Shown piece after piece: positions 1-9,302 of a DNA stretch of 32,000 bases. Numbering within the stretch: the stretch's first letter is position 1; each line of letters opens with the position of its first letter. Made by a program: the position numbers and the translations under genes. This stretch comes from Aliivibrio fischeri ES114 (GTDB taxonomy: Bacteria; Pseudomonadota; Gammaproteobacteria; Enterobacterales; Vibrionaceae): the NCBI RefSeq assembly GCF_000011805.1, contig NC_006840.2; one strand, written 5' to 3'. The notes under the pieces are model-generated. The model was not told the origin of the DNA, did not search any database, and saw only the letters and a list, made by a program, of their open reading frames with translations.

Positions 1-2
1 CT

Positions 3-119
3 TATTTAGTAAAGCCCATTGATGGTCATGAGGATATGAAGATTGGATTGGGATTTTTCAGAAAAGAAAGAGAACAGCGCTTAGATAAAATGCTGACCCA
101 ACCCTTTAGAAAGAAATAA
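3..119 (+). CDS. C-terminal end of an unidentified CDS entering from the left window edge
   Basis: Frame 3 stays open from the edge (...KPIDGHEDMKIGLGFFRKEREQRLDKMLTQPFRKK) to TAA at 117-119. A strong hairpin terminator follows within a few nt. Too short to assign a family. Confidence 0.3.
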   Translation, partial: YLVKPIDGHEDMKIGLGFFRKEREQRLDKMLTQPFRKK

Positions 120-121
120 AC

Positions 122-153
122 AAAAAAAGGCGATCCGAAGATCGCCTTTTTTA
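122..153. terminator. Bidirectional rho-independent terminator
   Basis: A-run, perfect stem AGGCGATC/GATCGCCT (128-135 / 140-147) with a CGAA loop, then a T-run. It lies between convergent CDS ends at 119 and 193. Confidence 0.85.
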
Positions 154-192
154 TTTATAGATTATGTATTTCTAGCTAAATTTCTATATTGA

Positions 193-1785
193 TTATGGTG
201 TATAGAACGTAGCTGCACCAGGACCAACTGGTAGACCAAATACAAATACCCACACGTAAAACAGAACACTCCAACCAAACATAAAGCAGATTGAATAAGG
301 CAGCATAGTTGCAATCAGAGTACCGATACCTAGATTCTTCATGTAACGTGTTGCTACAGCAAGAATAAGACCGAAGTAGCTCATCATTGGTGTAATGATG
401 TTCGTTGTTGAATCACCAATACGGTATGCAGCTTGAATTGTTTCAGGTGCATAACCTACTAGCATTAGCATTGGAACAAAGATTGGTGCGGTTACTGCCC
501 ATTGTGCAGACGCTGAACCGATCATTAAGTTAATGAAGCCACACATTAGGATGAATGCGAAGAATAACATAGGACCAGTAAGACCTACGTCTTGTAGGAA
601 GCTCGCCCCACCAACCGCAATCACTTGACCAAAGTTAGTCCACTTAAAGAAAGCAACAAACTGTGCAGCAAAGAATACAAGAACAATGTACATACCCATT
701 GACGACATTGATGTAGCCATTGCATTGATGACATCACGATCATTCTTCATTGAACCAGTCACTTTACCGTAAACAAAGCCTGGAATAGCAAAGAATACAA
801 AAATAAAGGCAACGATACTCTTAAGGAATGGTGAACCAGCGACGGTACCAGTAGCTGAACGTAAAACACCATCTTCAGGAACAATTGTCCATGCAAGTAA
901 TGCACTCACGACTAGAACAGCTATACCAGCTAATTTAAGACCTTTCTTTTCAACATCCGTAAGTTTACCCATCGAATCATTAGACAGATCTTCAGATGCT
1001 TCTTCATCATTGTATTTACCCAGTTTCGGCTCAACAATTTTCTCTGTTACAAATGCACCAGTGATAGCAATAAAGAAAGTAGAAACAAACATAAAGTACC
1101 AGTTTGCTTCAGGACCAACAGTATAAGTTGGGTCAATCATTTGCGCTGCAGTTTCAGTGATACCAGAAAGCAGTGGATCAACCGTACCAATAAGAAGGTT
1201 TGCAGAATAACCACCAGATACACCCGCAAACGCAGCAGCAAGACCAGCTAATGGGTGACGGCCCAATGAGTGGAAAAGCATAGCAGCAAGAGGAATAAGT
1301 ACAACATAACCAAGCTCTGATGCAGTATTTGAAATAATACCAGCAAAAACAACGGTTACAGTAACCATACGCTTAGACGCACCCATTACCATGCCACGCA
1401 TTGCCGCAGATAATAGGCCTGAATGTTCTGCAATAGCAACACCAAGCATCGCTACAAGTACGGTACCTAATGGAGCAAAACCAACAAAGTTTTTCACTAA
1501 GTTAGTTACGATCAATTGTAAACCTTCTGCATTAAACAAGCTTACAACATGGATCATCCCATCAGCGGCACGTCCTTTCGCTCCTTCTGGGCGAGGGTCC
1601 ATAACTGATAGCTCAAAATAACCTGCGATACCGGATAAAACGAGAATAGCCACACAAAAGATTGCGAAAAGAGTAATTGGGTGTGGTAGTAAGTTTCCTA
1701 GGTATTCAACAGAATCAAGAAAGCGAGTAAATAAAGGCCTTTTAGGCTGTTGTTGGTTTTGTTGTTGTGATGCAGACGAACTCAT
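193..1785 (-). CDS. abgT: AbgT-family (p-aminobenzoyl-glutamate / antimetabolite) transporter
   Basis: 530-aa polytopic membrane protein. N-terminal RFLDSVEYLGNLLPHPITLFAIF and GFAPLGTVLVAMLGVAIAEHSGL blocks are typical of the AbgT/MtrF/YdaH family. ATG is preceded by an AAGGAG-like RBS (caaggagttacagATG on the minus strand). Confidence 0.85.
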   Translation of the reverse strand: MSSSASQQQNQQQPKRPLFTRFLDSVEYLGNLLPHPITLFAIFCVAILVLSGIAGYFELSVMDPRPEGAKGRAADGMIHVVSLFNAEGLQLIVTNLVKNFVGFAPLGTVLVAMLGVAIAEHSGLLSAAMRGMVMGASKRMVTVTVVFAGIISNTASELGYVVLIPLAAMLFHSLGRHPLAGLAAAFAGVSGGYSANLLIGTVDPLLSGITETAAQMIDPTYTVGPEANWYFMFVSTFFIAITGAFVTEKIVEPKLGKYNDEEASEDLSNDSMGKLTDVEKKGLKLAGIAVLVVSALLAWTIVPEDGVLRSATGTVAGSPFLKSIVAFIFVFFAIPGFVYGKVTGSMKNDRDVINAMATSMSSMGMYIVLVFFAAQFVAFFKWTNFGQVIAVGGASFLQDVGLTGPMLFFAFILMCGFINLMIGSASAQWAVTAPIFVPMLMLVGYAPETIQAAYRIGDSTTNIITPMMSYFGLILAVATRYMKNLGIGTLIATMLPYSICFMFGWSVLFYVWVFVFGLPVGPGAATFYTP

Positions 1786-2142
1786 CTGTAACTCCTTGTT
1801 TTTGACCTACCTTAAATAAATCATATTAAACGTTAGAAACAATGAACAATATTGTGTGATTTAGTTAAAAGTAAGTACATCCAAAATTCACAGAAAGGTT
1901 ACTTGATTGTTACAATCATTAAAAGAGCAAAATGTCACAAAGTATTTCAAATGTAGTTAATTTGACCAGTTTAACATCACAAAACAAAACTTTTGATTAA
2001 CAATCAATCAGTTTATTTCACATAAAAGTCGAGATAAAAAATGAGAAAGTACTATAATTAGCTTTCAATATTCTCTATTTTGATGTTAATTCCCGTGAAA
2101 TTCATTCAAAATAGTTATCTGCATTTTTTATATAGGCTTGTT

Positions 2143-2622
2143 ATGTTTCGTCACCTTTTCGCTATATTTACTGTTGTTGGCTTATTGGGGTGCTCCTCAA
2201 CTCCTCCAGTGGCAGAGTTATCAAAACAAGAGATCACCACTCAACATCCACAGCTCTCATCATCAGATGCTTATCAAGATTATTTTTATCAATGGCAAGG
2301 AGTTCCGTATAAATACGGGGGTACTTCTAAGAATGGCGTTGATTGTTCTGCATTTACTCAAAACGCATTTGATGTTTTACATCGTTTATCGCTGCCAAGA
2401 ACTACAGAGTATCAAGCAACTTCTGGCACTCAAATCGCATTAGCTAATGCTAAAAAAGGCGATTTAATCTTTTTCAAAACCAGTGTAAAAGTAAGGCATG
2501 TTGGTGTTTATATTGGAAATAGAGAATTTATGCATGCATCTACATCCAAAGGCGTGATTATCTCTAGCTTAGATAATCCTTATTGGAAAAAAGCATTCTG
2601 GCAAGTTCGAAGAGTGTTATAA
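2143..2622 (+). CDS. mepS: NlpC/P60 (C40) peptidoglycan endopeptidase lipoprotein, MepS/Spr-like
   Basis: Lipobox LLGC in MFRHLFAIFTVVGLLGCSS. Catalytic block GVDCSAFTQ, then RHVGVYIGNREFMHASTSKGVIISSLDNPYWKK, which closely resembles E. coli MepS. I prefer the ATG at 2143 over the track start at 2080, because the signal peptide begins there. Confidence 0.85.
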   Translation: MFRHLFAIFTVVGLLGCSSTPPVAELSKQEITTQHPQLSSSDAYQDYFYQWQGVPYKYGGTSKNGVDCSAFTQNAFDVLHRLSLPRTTEYQATSGTQIALANAKKGDLIFFKTSVKVRHVGVYIGNREFMHASTSKGVIISSLDNPYWKKAFWQVRRVL

Positions 2623-2629
2623 ACAAAAA

Positions 2630-2661
2630 AGCTAAGTGAAATACCCCTACTTCACTTAGCT
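2630..2661 (-). terminator. Rho-independent terminator for the minus-strand gene ending at 2691
   Basis: Perfect 11-bp stem AGCTAAGTGAA/TTCACTTAGCT with a 10-nt loop. The T-run follows on the minus strand (plus-strand A-run 2624-2629). Confidence 0.7.
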
Positions 2662-2690
2662 TCACGATCTTTCGTTCTTTATGATATGAA

Positions 2691-3026
2691 TTACTTAAAT
2701 GCGCTATCAAATAAGTTTTTAATTAGACCAATATAATCATCTAAAAACATTACTTGTTCATTTGTCGCTTTTTGAACCCATGCTCCAGCTAACACTTCCC
2801 CTAAGTCATCAACAACAGCATCGGCTTCTCTTAGCAGTGTAAATCTAACATCAGGATCCAATTCAGGATTTTGCTGAAAAACGACCATCAAATTTGAAGC
2901 AACAAGATCATTAACGATATCTTCAACCGTCTCTTCTCCTGTATCACCTTGTTGGTTTGCAAAAATTGAAAGGTGTTCAGTCAAATATTCAATTAATGCG
3001 TGGTATCCATCAGTGTTGACAATCAT
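2691..3026 (-). CDS. Small acidic cytoplasmic hypothetical protein (possibly a DUF3802-like Vibrionaceae family; not certain)
   Basis: Clean ORF followed by its own terminator. No signal peptide or recognisable catalytic motifs. The likely start is MIVNTDGY (3026) rather than the track start at 3092. Confidence 0.5.
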   Translation of the reverse strand: MIVNTDGYHALIEYLTEHLSIFANQQGDTGEETVEDIVNDLVASNLMVVFQQNPELDPDVRFTLLREADAVVDDLGEVLAGAWVQKATNEQVMFLDDYIGLIKNLFDSAFK

Positions 3027-3282
3027 ATTCTGTCCATTTAGTTGTAATTTATTATTAACTAACCAGTAATTTATCAAAATTGAGATCGACACTCAAACGC
3101 TTTCCATTAAGCTTGACAGATAGATCAACTCTTTAATTGATTTCCTTCACGCTTATTACTTCCTTTTTACGAATTGCTTATAAGCTTTTCACATTGAGGT
3201 GTTTTTTAGTCTTACCTCACAGATATTTATCTCAAATATACTATGCTTAGTGTCTGTTTATCAGATATTGTGAGGTAATATT

Positions 3283-4149
3283 ATGTGGCAAGCTATTGCA
3301 AAACAAATCTCTGAAGTAACTCAACAACCTTTCAGTATCTCAGAACGTGAGAGTGTGAATGGTGGCGAAATAAATGACTGCTACATGATAAGTAATGGAA
3401 GTCAGCGTTATTTTGTCAAAATTAATGAAAAAGCAGAACTTCCTATATTTGAAACTGAAATAGAAAGCCTCACTCAACTTGATAAATCAGATCATATCTT
3501 TGTCCCCTCCCCAATCCATATAGGAACAACCAAAGAACATTCATTTTTAGTTCTTAATTACCTCCCAACCAAAAGTATGGATAAAGACGCTTTTTATGAA
3601 TTAGGTGTCAGTCTTGCGAATCACCATCTATGGGGTGATCAACTCGAATACGGTTTTGACTGTGATAATTATCTTGGAAATGTATTACAAGTAAATACTT
3701 GGCACCGTCGTTGGGATTGTTTTTTTGCAGAGCAGCGCATTGGCTGGCAACTTCAACTACTCAAAGAAAAAGGGATGGTCCTTGGGGATATCGATACCCT
3801 AGTTAAAAATAGTAAATTAATTCTTCATAACCACCAACCCAAACCGGCATTACTGCATGGTGATTTATGGCATGGCAATATTGCTTTAAGTGTTAAGGGA
3901 CCAATAAGTTACGATCCCGCATCTTATTGGGGAGATGCTGAATGTGATTTAGCAATGGTTGAACTGTTTGGAGGGATTCAAGACAGTTTCTTTGAAGGTT
4001 ATGAATCCATATCCTCTATTTCTGAAGGCTTTGAGACTCGTCAGCACTTATATAGCCTTTATCATGTATTAAATCATTGCAATATGTTTGGTGGTGAATA
4101 CATGTTCCATGCACAACAACTGATCGATAAGCTAAATTTAAATGAATGA
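3283..4149 (+). CDS. Fructosamine kinase family protein (YniA-like)
   Basis: 288 aa with the kinase-fold motif ALLHGDLWHGNI, a DPA.YWGD.E.DLAM block and an N-terminal ...VNGGEINDCY...YFVK nucleotide-binding region, all typical of fructosamine-3-kinase homologues. RBS GAGGT lies 7 nt upstream. Confidence 0.85.
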   Translation: MWQAIAKQISEVTQQPFSISERESVNGGEINDCYMISNGSQRYFVKINEKAELPIFETEIESLTQLDKSDHIFVPSPIHIGTTKEHSFLVLNYLPTKSMDKDAFYELGVSLANHHLWGDQLEYGFDCDNYLGNVLQVNTWHRRWDCFFAEQRIGWQLQLLKEKGMVLGDIDTLVKNSKLILHNHQPKPALLHGDLWHGNIALSVKGPISYDPASYWGDAECDLAMVELFGGIQDSFFEGYESISSISEGFETRQHLYSLYHVLNHCNMFGGEYMFHAQQLIDKLNLNE

Positions 4150-4175
4150 CAATAGGTATTCACCTAGCAAATACA

Positions 4176-4206
4176 ATGAGATGGTACTTGCCATCTCATT
4201 TTTTGT
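4176..4206 (+). terminator. Rho-independent terminator after the fructosamine kinase gene
   Basis: Stem ATGAGATGG/CCATCTCAT (4176-4184 / 4191-4199), 6-nt loop, then TTTTTTG. Confidence 0.75.
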
Positions 4207-4384
4207 TTAATGTTAAACTCTTTGGCTTAAAACATCGCATCAATCAACTTTTTTACTTAATTCACTGCAGAAACAAACTCTTTTTTCTACTATTAAATGG
4301 ATATTCATTAATGCGTTATGCCAATTCTATAAAAGTTAATTAAAACTGGCATTTACGATTACAGGACAGTAAAAGGAGTTTGTT

Positions 4385-4588
4385 GTGAATAATTACATTA
4401 ATAAAAATATCCAGTGCCCTAACTGCCATCACTCAATTGATATGGTTATCGACCAATCTCAATCAAATAAAAAAGTATACGATGACTGTCCATCTTGTCA
4501 TCGTGCCATTGAATTTAACATGGAGATTAACCCATATACTCAATCGGTAAGTCTTTCTATCAATAATGATGAAGATGGATTGTTTTAG
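4385..4588 (+). CDS. CPXCG-motif cysteine-rich (zinc-ribbon) protein
   Basis: 67 aa with CPNC...CPSC pairs. GTG start is preceded by AAGGAG 7 nt upstream. It matches the small CPXCG-motif family common in gammaproteobacteria. Confidence 0.75.
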   Translation: MNNYINKNIQCPNCHHSIDMVIDQSQSNKKVYDDCPSCHRAIEFNMEINPYTQSVSLSINNDEDGLF

Positions 4589-4594
4589 CTGATC

Positions 4595-5203
4595 TTATTG
4601 TTGGTTCGCTAACACTCGCTCAACAGTATCTACAATCGCTTGTGTTTGCGGATCAATCTCTAGATTAATTTTATCGCCAATTATTCTAGTACTTAAATTG
4701 GTACGCTCTAGAGTTTCAGGGATTAAATTTACATTAAATCCTTTTTCATCGACATCACCAATCGTCAAACTGATCCCATCAACCCCAATATAGCCTTTAT
4801 GTAAAATGTATTTTGTCCATTGTGCAGGAACATCAAACCATATTTGGCAATTCTCACTGGTTTTATTAATTTCACGTACAACCATTACATCAACGATATG
4901 GCCAGACATTGAGTGCCCACCAATCTCATCTCCAAAGCGAGCTGCACGTTCAATATTAACCTTTTGCCCTACTTCTAATAAACCAAGATTCGTTAAACGT
5001 AACGTTTCCTCGATAAGGTCAAAGTGCGCTTGTTGGCCTTCAATCTTAGTTACGGTCAAACAACAACCATTATGAGCAACTGAAGCACCAATTTCTAAAC
5101 CTTGATGGTACGGAGTAGGAATTTCAATAATATGAGTTTGAAACTTGTCTTTTTTTACAATATTAACGACTTTTGCAGTGGTCGCGACAATACCTGTAAA
5201 CAT
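4595..5203 (-). CDS. ribE: Riboflavin synthase (alpha chain)
   Basis: Hallmark N-terminus MFTGIV, an internal second lumazine-binding repeat (GHIVDV...) and NLEID near the C-terminus. I prefer the start at MFTGIV (5203) over the track start at 5233. Confidence 0.9.
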   Translation of the reverse strand: MFTGIVATTAKVVNIVKKDKFQTHIIEIPTPYHQGLEIGASVAHNGCCLTVTKIEGQQAHFDLIEETLRLTNLGLLEVGQKVNIERAARFGDEIGGHSMSGHIVDVMVVREINKTSENCQIWFDVPAQWTKYILHKGYIGVDGISLTIGDVDEKGFNVNLIPETLERTNLSTRIIGDKINLEIDPQTQAIVDTVERVLANQQ

Positions 5204-5461
5204 TTGCTTCTCCAATAATCTTTTATCAAGCATTTGAACTATAAATAATTAACTCAACTTTATTACAATAATCTACAATACTTGGAATATTTCATTTTGT
5301 GAAGCTCACTGTTTTCTATATAATGACGCCTTTCTGCTTACCTTTAACAGTTCCTCTGTTCAAAGCACTCAATCAGACCTTTTTTCTTCATTACATCCTT
5401 ATGTGATGATGAATCGATAAATTAAACTCCTTATTTACAAATATATTGATACGGTGACGCA

Positions 5462-6844
5462 GTGCACAGATACCAAAAAGAAATCGTTCGTTTAATTAAA
5501 CTCTCTACACCTGTATTAATTGCAAGTGTGGCACAAACAGGCATGGGCTTTGTTGATACAGTAATGGCTGGTGGCGTAAGCGCAACTGACATGGCTGCTG
5601 TAGCCATTGCTGCAAGTGTGTGGCTACCTTCTGTATTGTTTGGTGTTGGTCTACTTATGGCCCTTGTGCCTGTTGTAGCTCAACTAAACGGTTCAGGAAA
5701 ATCAAAAAAAGTACCATTTGAGATCCACCAAGGTGTTTACCTTGCTTTATTAACCTCAATTCCAATTATGCTGGTGTTATATAATGCTGGCTTTATTATT
5801 GCCGCAATGGATGTAGAACCTGAGCTATACGAAAAAACTCAAGGCTATTTACATGCTGTATTGTGGGCTGCGCCAGCATTTTTATTATTCCAAACTCTGC
5901 GTAGTTTTTGTGAAGGTTTATCTCTAACCACTCCAGCAATGATTATCGGCTTCATTGGTCTTGCTGCTAACGTTCCATTAAACTGGATGTTTGTTTACGG
6001 TGAGCTTGGCGCTCCTGCTCTTGGCGGTGTTGGTTGTGGTGTTGCTACTGCTATCGTTTATTGGTTGATGTTCTTAACCATGACTTTGTATACGTTTATC
6101 GCTCCGAAACTGCGTCGCGTAAACCTATATGAAAACTGGAATAAACCACAAAGAAAAGAGATCTATCGCCTTTTCAAACTGGGCCTTCCTGTTGCTTTGT
6201 CTATTTTCTTTGAGGTGACCCTATTTGCAGCTGTTGCATTACTGGTTTCTCCGTTAGGCTCTACGGTAGTTGCCGCTCACCAAGTTGCGATTAACTTTTC
6301 ATCATTAATTTTTATGATCCCGATGAGTATCGCTGTTGCGGTAAGTATTCGAGTTGGTCATAAATTAGGTGAGAAAGATCTCGATGGAGCAAAAGTAGCA
6401 AGTTATTGCGGTCTAGCTTTTGGTTTGTTGATGGCATGTTGTACAGCTATTCTAACTCTTATTTTCAGAGAACAAATTGCTTATTTGTATTCAGATAACC
6501 AAGAAGTAATTACCTTAGCGGTAAGTTTAATGCTATTAGCTGCTATTTATCAATGTACTGATGCCGTGCAAGTTGTTGCAGCTGGTGCCCTACGTGGTTA
6601 TAAAGACATGAATGCCATCTTTAAGTGTACTTTTGTCTCTTACTGGATAGTTGGTCTGCCTTCAGGTTATGTTCTTGGCATGACAGATTGGATTAGAGAA
6701 CCAATGGGCGTTTATGGTTTTTGGTTTGGCTTTATTGGTGGCTTAACGACATCTGCAATCCTACTAACTTGTCGCCTACTGTGGCTTCAACGTAATCCTA
6801 CTCGTATCGATATGGAAGTAGATGAACTGCAAATCATGCACTAA
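5462..6844 (+). CDS. norM: MATE-family multidrug efflux pump NorM
   Basis: 460 aa with 12 predicted TM segments. The N-terminus MHRYQKEIVRLIKLSTPVLIASVAQTGMGFVDTVMAGGVSATDMAAV is nearly identical in pattern to Vibrio NorM. GTG start. Divergent from ribE, as I recall for E. coli ribC-mdtK. Confidence 0.9.
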   Translation: MHRYQKEIVRLIKLSTPVLIASVAQTGMGFVDTVMAGGVSATDMAAVAIAASVWLPSVLFGVGLLMALVPVVAQLNGSGKSKKVPFEIHQGVYLALLTSIPIMLVLYNAGFIIAAMDVEPELYEKTQGYLHAVLWAAPAFLLFQTLRSFCEGLSLTTPAMIIGFIGLAANVPLNWMFVYGELGAPALGGVGCGVATAIVYWLMFLTMTLYTFIAPKLRRVNLYENWNKPQRKEIYRLFKLGLPVALSIFFEVTLFAAVALLVSPLGSTVVAAHQVAINFSSLIFMIPMSIAVAVSIRVGHKLGEKDLDGAKVASYCGLAFGLLMACCTAILTLIFREQIAYLYSDNQEVITLAVSLMLLAAIYQCTDAVQVVAAGALRGYKDMNAIFKCTFVSYWIVGLPSGYVLGMTDWIREPMGVYGFWFGFIGGLTTSAILLTCRLLWLQRNPTRIDMEVDELQIMH

Positions 6845-6863
6845 CTTTCCATTCTAAAATAAT

Positions 6864-6902
6864 AAAAAAGCCGAACATATTAGATATGTTCGACTTTTTT
6901 TT
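6864..6902. terminator. Bidirectional rho-independent terminator
   Basis: A-run, stem CGAACATAT/ATATGTTCG (6872-6880 / 6884-6892), then T-run 6895-6902. It lies between the convergent norM and TPR gene ends. Confidence 0.75.
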
Positions 6903-6927
6903 AATCAAATACTTACATTAATTGTTA

Positions 6928-7932
6928 TTACTTACGTTTCTCTTTTAATTGTTCAATTACATATTCAGGCGCTACCTTTGCTAGCTCTTCTAAACAAGCA
7001 TCTGTTTTTTCATTTCCATAGCGTACATAAATATCACATACTGCATATAACTGCTCTGGCGAACCAGAAATTAAATACGCCTTTTCAAACGATTCAGTCG
7101 CTAATTTCACATCAATACTTTCTTGTAAAACACCATTCAAATACCAATAATAACTATTATTATCCGCTAATGTTGCTGCTGTCTGAATCGATTTAGCGGC
7201 GTCTTCTTTTTGATTTAAACGCACTTGAGTTAATGCTTTTGAATAAAATAAGCTCGGTTCTTTAGGTAATTGCTTTATACCTTGATTTAGCGTAACTAGC
7301 GCTTGTTCATCTTGATTTTGGCCACGGAAATTATCTGATAAATTCAACCATACTTCTGCATTTTCAGGTTCGGATTTAACTAATTTTTGATAAATAACAT
7401 CGGCTTTAGTCCACTCACCATGCCAGCGGTATATGTCTGCTAATTGCAGTTGAGTATCCTGTCTATTTTGCGATGTTAGAGTATCAACTAACTCTTTATA
7501 TACAGGTTCCATTTGAACCTGTTGTTCTGCCGTCATAGAACGATATTCACGCATTAAATTAATACCAGCAGCGAGACGAACACTCATTTCAGAATCACTC
7601 AATAACGGTGAAATCATTCTCCAACGATGAGATAACTTGTATAACTCTGATCCTGTAATTGCCGCTTCTCGGATAACCGGATTTGGATCTTTTAGCCCTC
7701 TAGCGACCGCAACCAAACTGTTTTGGTTAGGAAATCGAGCTAATTGGCGTAATGCATCTGCTCTATTTTCTATCGTTTCATTTTTATTTTGAGCCCTATA
7801 CGCTAATTCTTGCTCAGGGCTCATCTTTTGTGCTTGATTCACTGTCGGAGCTTGCTGAACACTGTCACTAGCAAATGAAGACGCAGAAAATCCCAATATG
7901 GATAACAAACTAATGCAGACTATTTTTTTCAT
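6928..7932 (-). CDS. Secreted HEAT/TPR-repeat protein, paralog of the C-terminal module of the octaheme cytochrome at 18002-20278
   Basis: Sec signal peptide MKKIVCISLLSILGFSASSFASD. A HEAT-like segment (ALRQLARFPNQNSLVAVARGLKDPNPVIREAA) is followed by TPR-like repeats. The protein is colinear over ~280 aa with the cytochrome C-terminus (RWRMISPLLSD/RWQIISPLLTD, YYWYLNG/QYWYVYG, SPEQLYAVCD...ACLEELAKVAP/NPQHLFAQCD...ACINELQKYAP). Confidence 0.8.
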   Translation of the reverse strand: MKKIVCISLLSILGFSASSFASDSVQQAPTVNQAQKMSPEQELAYRAQNKNETIENRADALRQLARFPNQNSLVAVARGLKDPNPVIREAAITGSELYKLSHRWRMISPLLSDSEMSVRLAAGINLMREYRSMTAEQQVQMEPVYKELVDTLTSQNRQDTQLQLADIYRWHGEWTKADVIYQKLVKSEPENAEVWLNLSDNFRGQNQDEQALVTLNQGIKQLPKEPSLFYSKALTQVRLNQKEDAAKSIQTAATLADNNSYYWYLNGVLQESIDVKLATESFEKAYLISGSPEQLYAVCDIYVRYGNEKTDACLEELAKVAPEYVIEQLKEKRK

Positions 7933-7985
7933 AAGGTACTCTTAAACGTACGATCTTAAAGATTAAATAATTAAAATTTAGATTA

Positions 7986-9302
7986 TTAAAACTTAGTAGG
8001 AAAAGCATTTTGGTGAACTTGCTGCATCTTCGCATCACTGTATTTACCGTGCTGAACAGGATTCCCTAGCATTTTCAATATATAAGCGATGGATTTATCA
8101 GCATGAGCAAAAAACTTCTTCCAACCTGCACACAGATAATTTAATCCAGGTTCACCATCACGTGTTTTAATAAAACGGTTTTTAGGACATTCACCATGAC
8201 ACGCAAATTTATATTCACACTTCTGACATTGAGTCGTTAACGTTTTTGATTTTGCAAAACCAAACTCTTGTTGCTTGCGGCTAAACGCTAATGTATCCAA
8301 CTCTTCATTATGAATATTTCCGATTTTATATTCAGGGTACACATAATGGTCACAAGCAAACACATCTCCATTGTGTTCCATTGCTAAGCCTTTTCCGCAA
8401 ATCTCACCTAATGTACATAATGGGTTTTTACGCCCCATCCATGTTTCAACACTGGCTTCAAAATACTGAACAAATACTTTACCTAGGTCATGCTGAGTCC
8501 ATTCATCAAATACAGCAATTAAGAAATTACCCCATGCTTCATCTGAAACACACCAAGGTTCCATAATGGATTCTTTATTACCTGGAATTAAACGTTTATC
8601 GCCTTGACGTAGCTGTGCTGCAATTTGCTCAGTTTGAGGAGCAACTGTTCTAAACGTTTTTTGCTCAACGATTGGAATAAACTGCATTTGTGGCGATTTC
8701 ACCACATCACGTAAGAATCGATATACCTCAAGAGGGTTTCGACTCGTTAAATTATTCACACACGTTAACGTGGCAAATTTCACATTATGTTTATGCAATA
8801 ATTCAACAGCGTTCATTACTTGCTTAAACGTACCGCGCCCCGCTTTGTTGGTGCGATAAGCATTGTGTAGCATTTCAGGTCCATCAATACTCAAACCAAC
8901 TAAAAAATTGTTTTCAGCAAGAAACTCACACCATTTATCGGTTAATAACGTACCGTTTGTCTGTAAATCATTAGAAATCAAGATCCCTTCAGGCTGATAT
9001 TTTTTTTGAAATTCAACAATTTTTTTAAAGTAATCAAGACCTAATAACGTCGGTTCACCACCTTGCCATGAGAAGATAATCTCTGGCGTGTTTTGTCCTT
9101 CAATATATTGACGAATATAAGTTTCAAGCGTTTCGTCATCCATTTGCGGTGAACAACCCTTTTTATACTCAAGTAAATCTTCTTTACTTAAGTAATAACA
9201 ATAAGAACAATCAATATTACATACAGCACCAATAGGCTTGGCCATAACATGTAATCGTTTTGATGCTTTACCTTGAAATTGTGGGCCTTGAGTAATGATC
9301 AT
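7986..9302 (-). CDS. Anaerobic sulfatase-maturating enzyme (radical SAM / SPASM, AslB/ChuR/AtsB type)
   Basis: Radical-SAM motif CNIDCSYC within HVMAKPIGAVCNIDCSYCYY, SAM-binding GGEPTL, and C-terminal SPASM cysteines including CQKCEYKFACHGEC (CX2CX5CX3C). RBS AGGA lies upstream of the ATG at 9302. Confidence 0.9.
   Translation of the reverse strand: MIITQGPQFQGKASKRLHVMAKPIGAVCNIDCSYCYYLSKEDLLEYKKGCSPQMDDETLETYIRQYIEGQNTPEIIFSWQGGEPTLLGLDYFKKIVEFQKKYQPEGILISNDLQTNGTLLTDKWCEFLAENNFLVGLSIDGPEMLHNAYRTNKAGRGTFKQVMNAVELLHKHNVKFATLTCVNNLTSRNPLEVYRFLRDVVKSPQMQFIPIVEQKTFRTVAPQTEQIAAQLRQGDKRLIPGNKESIMEPWCVSDEAWGNFLIAVFDEWTQHDLGKVFVQYFEASVETWMGRKNPLCTLGEICGKGLAMEHNGDVFACDHYVYPEYKIGNIHNEELDTLAFSRKQQEFGFAKSKTLTTQCQKCEYKFACHGECPKNRFIKTRDGEPGLNYLCAGWKKFFAHADKSIAYILKMLGNPVQHGKYSDAKMQQVHQNAFPTKF

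Noticed and set aside
4146-4343. 65-aa ORF downstream of the fructosamine kinase gene
   Set aside because: It runs straight through the rho-independent terminator at 4176-4206 and has an implausible Leu/Phe/Asn-rich composition and no RBS. The region is more likely untranslated spacer.
5204-5461. Possible FMN riboswitch or CRP/FNR site in the ribE / norM divergent region
   Set aside because: I could not find the GC-rich conserved FMN-element core, and the TGTGA...TCAC-like segment has the wrong spacing for CRP. I saw only short 5-bp palindromes of no significance.
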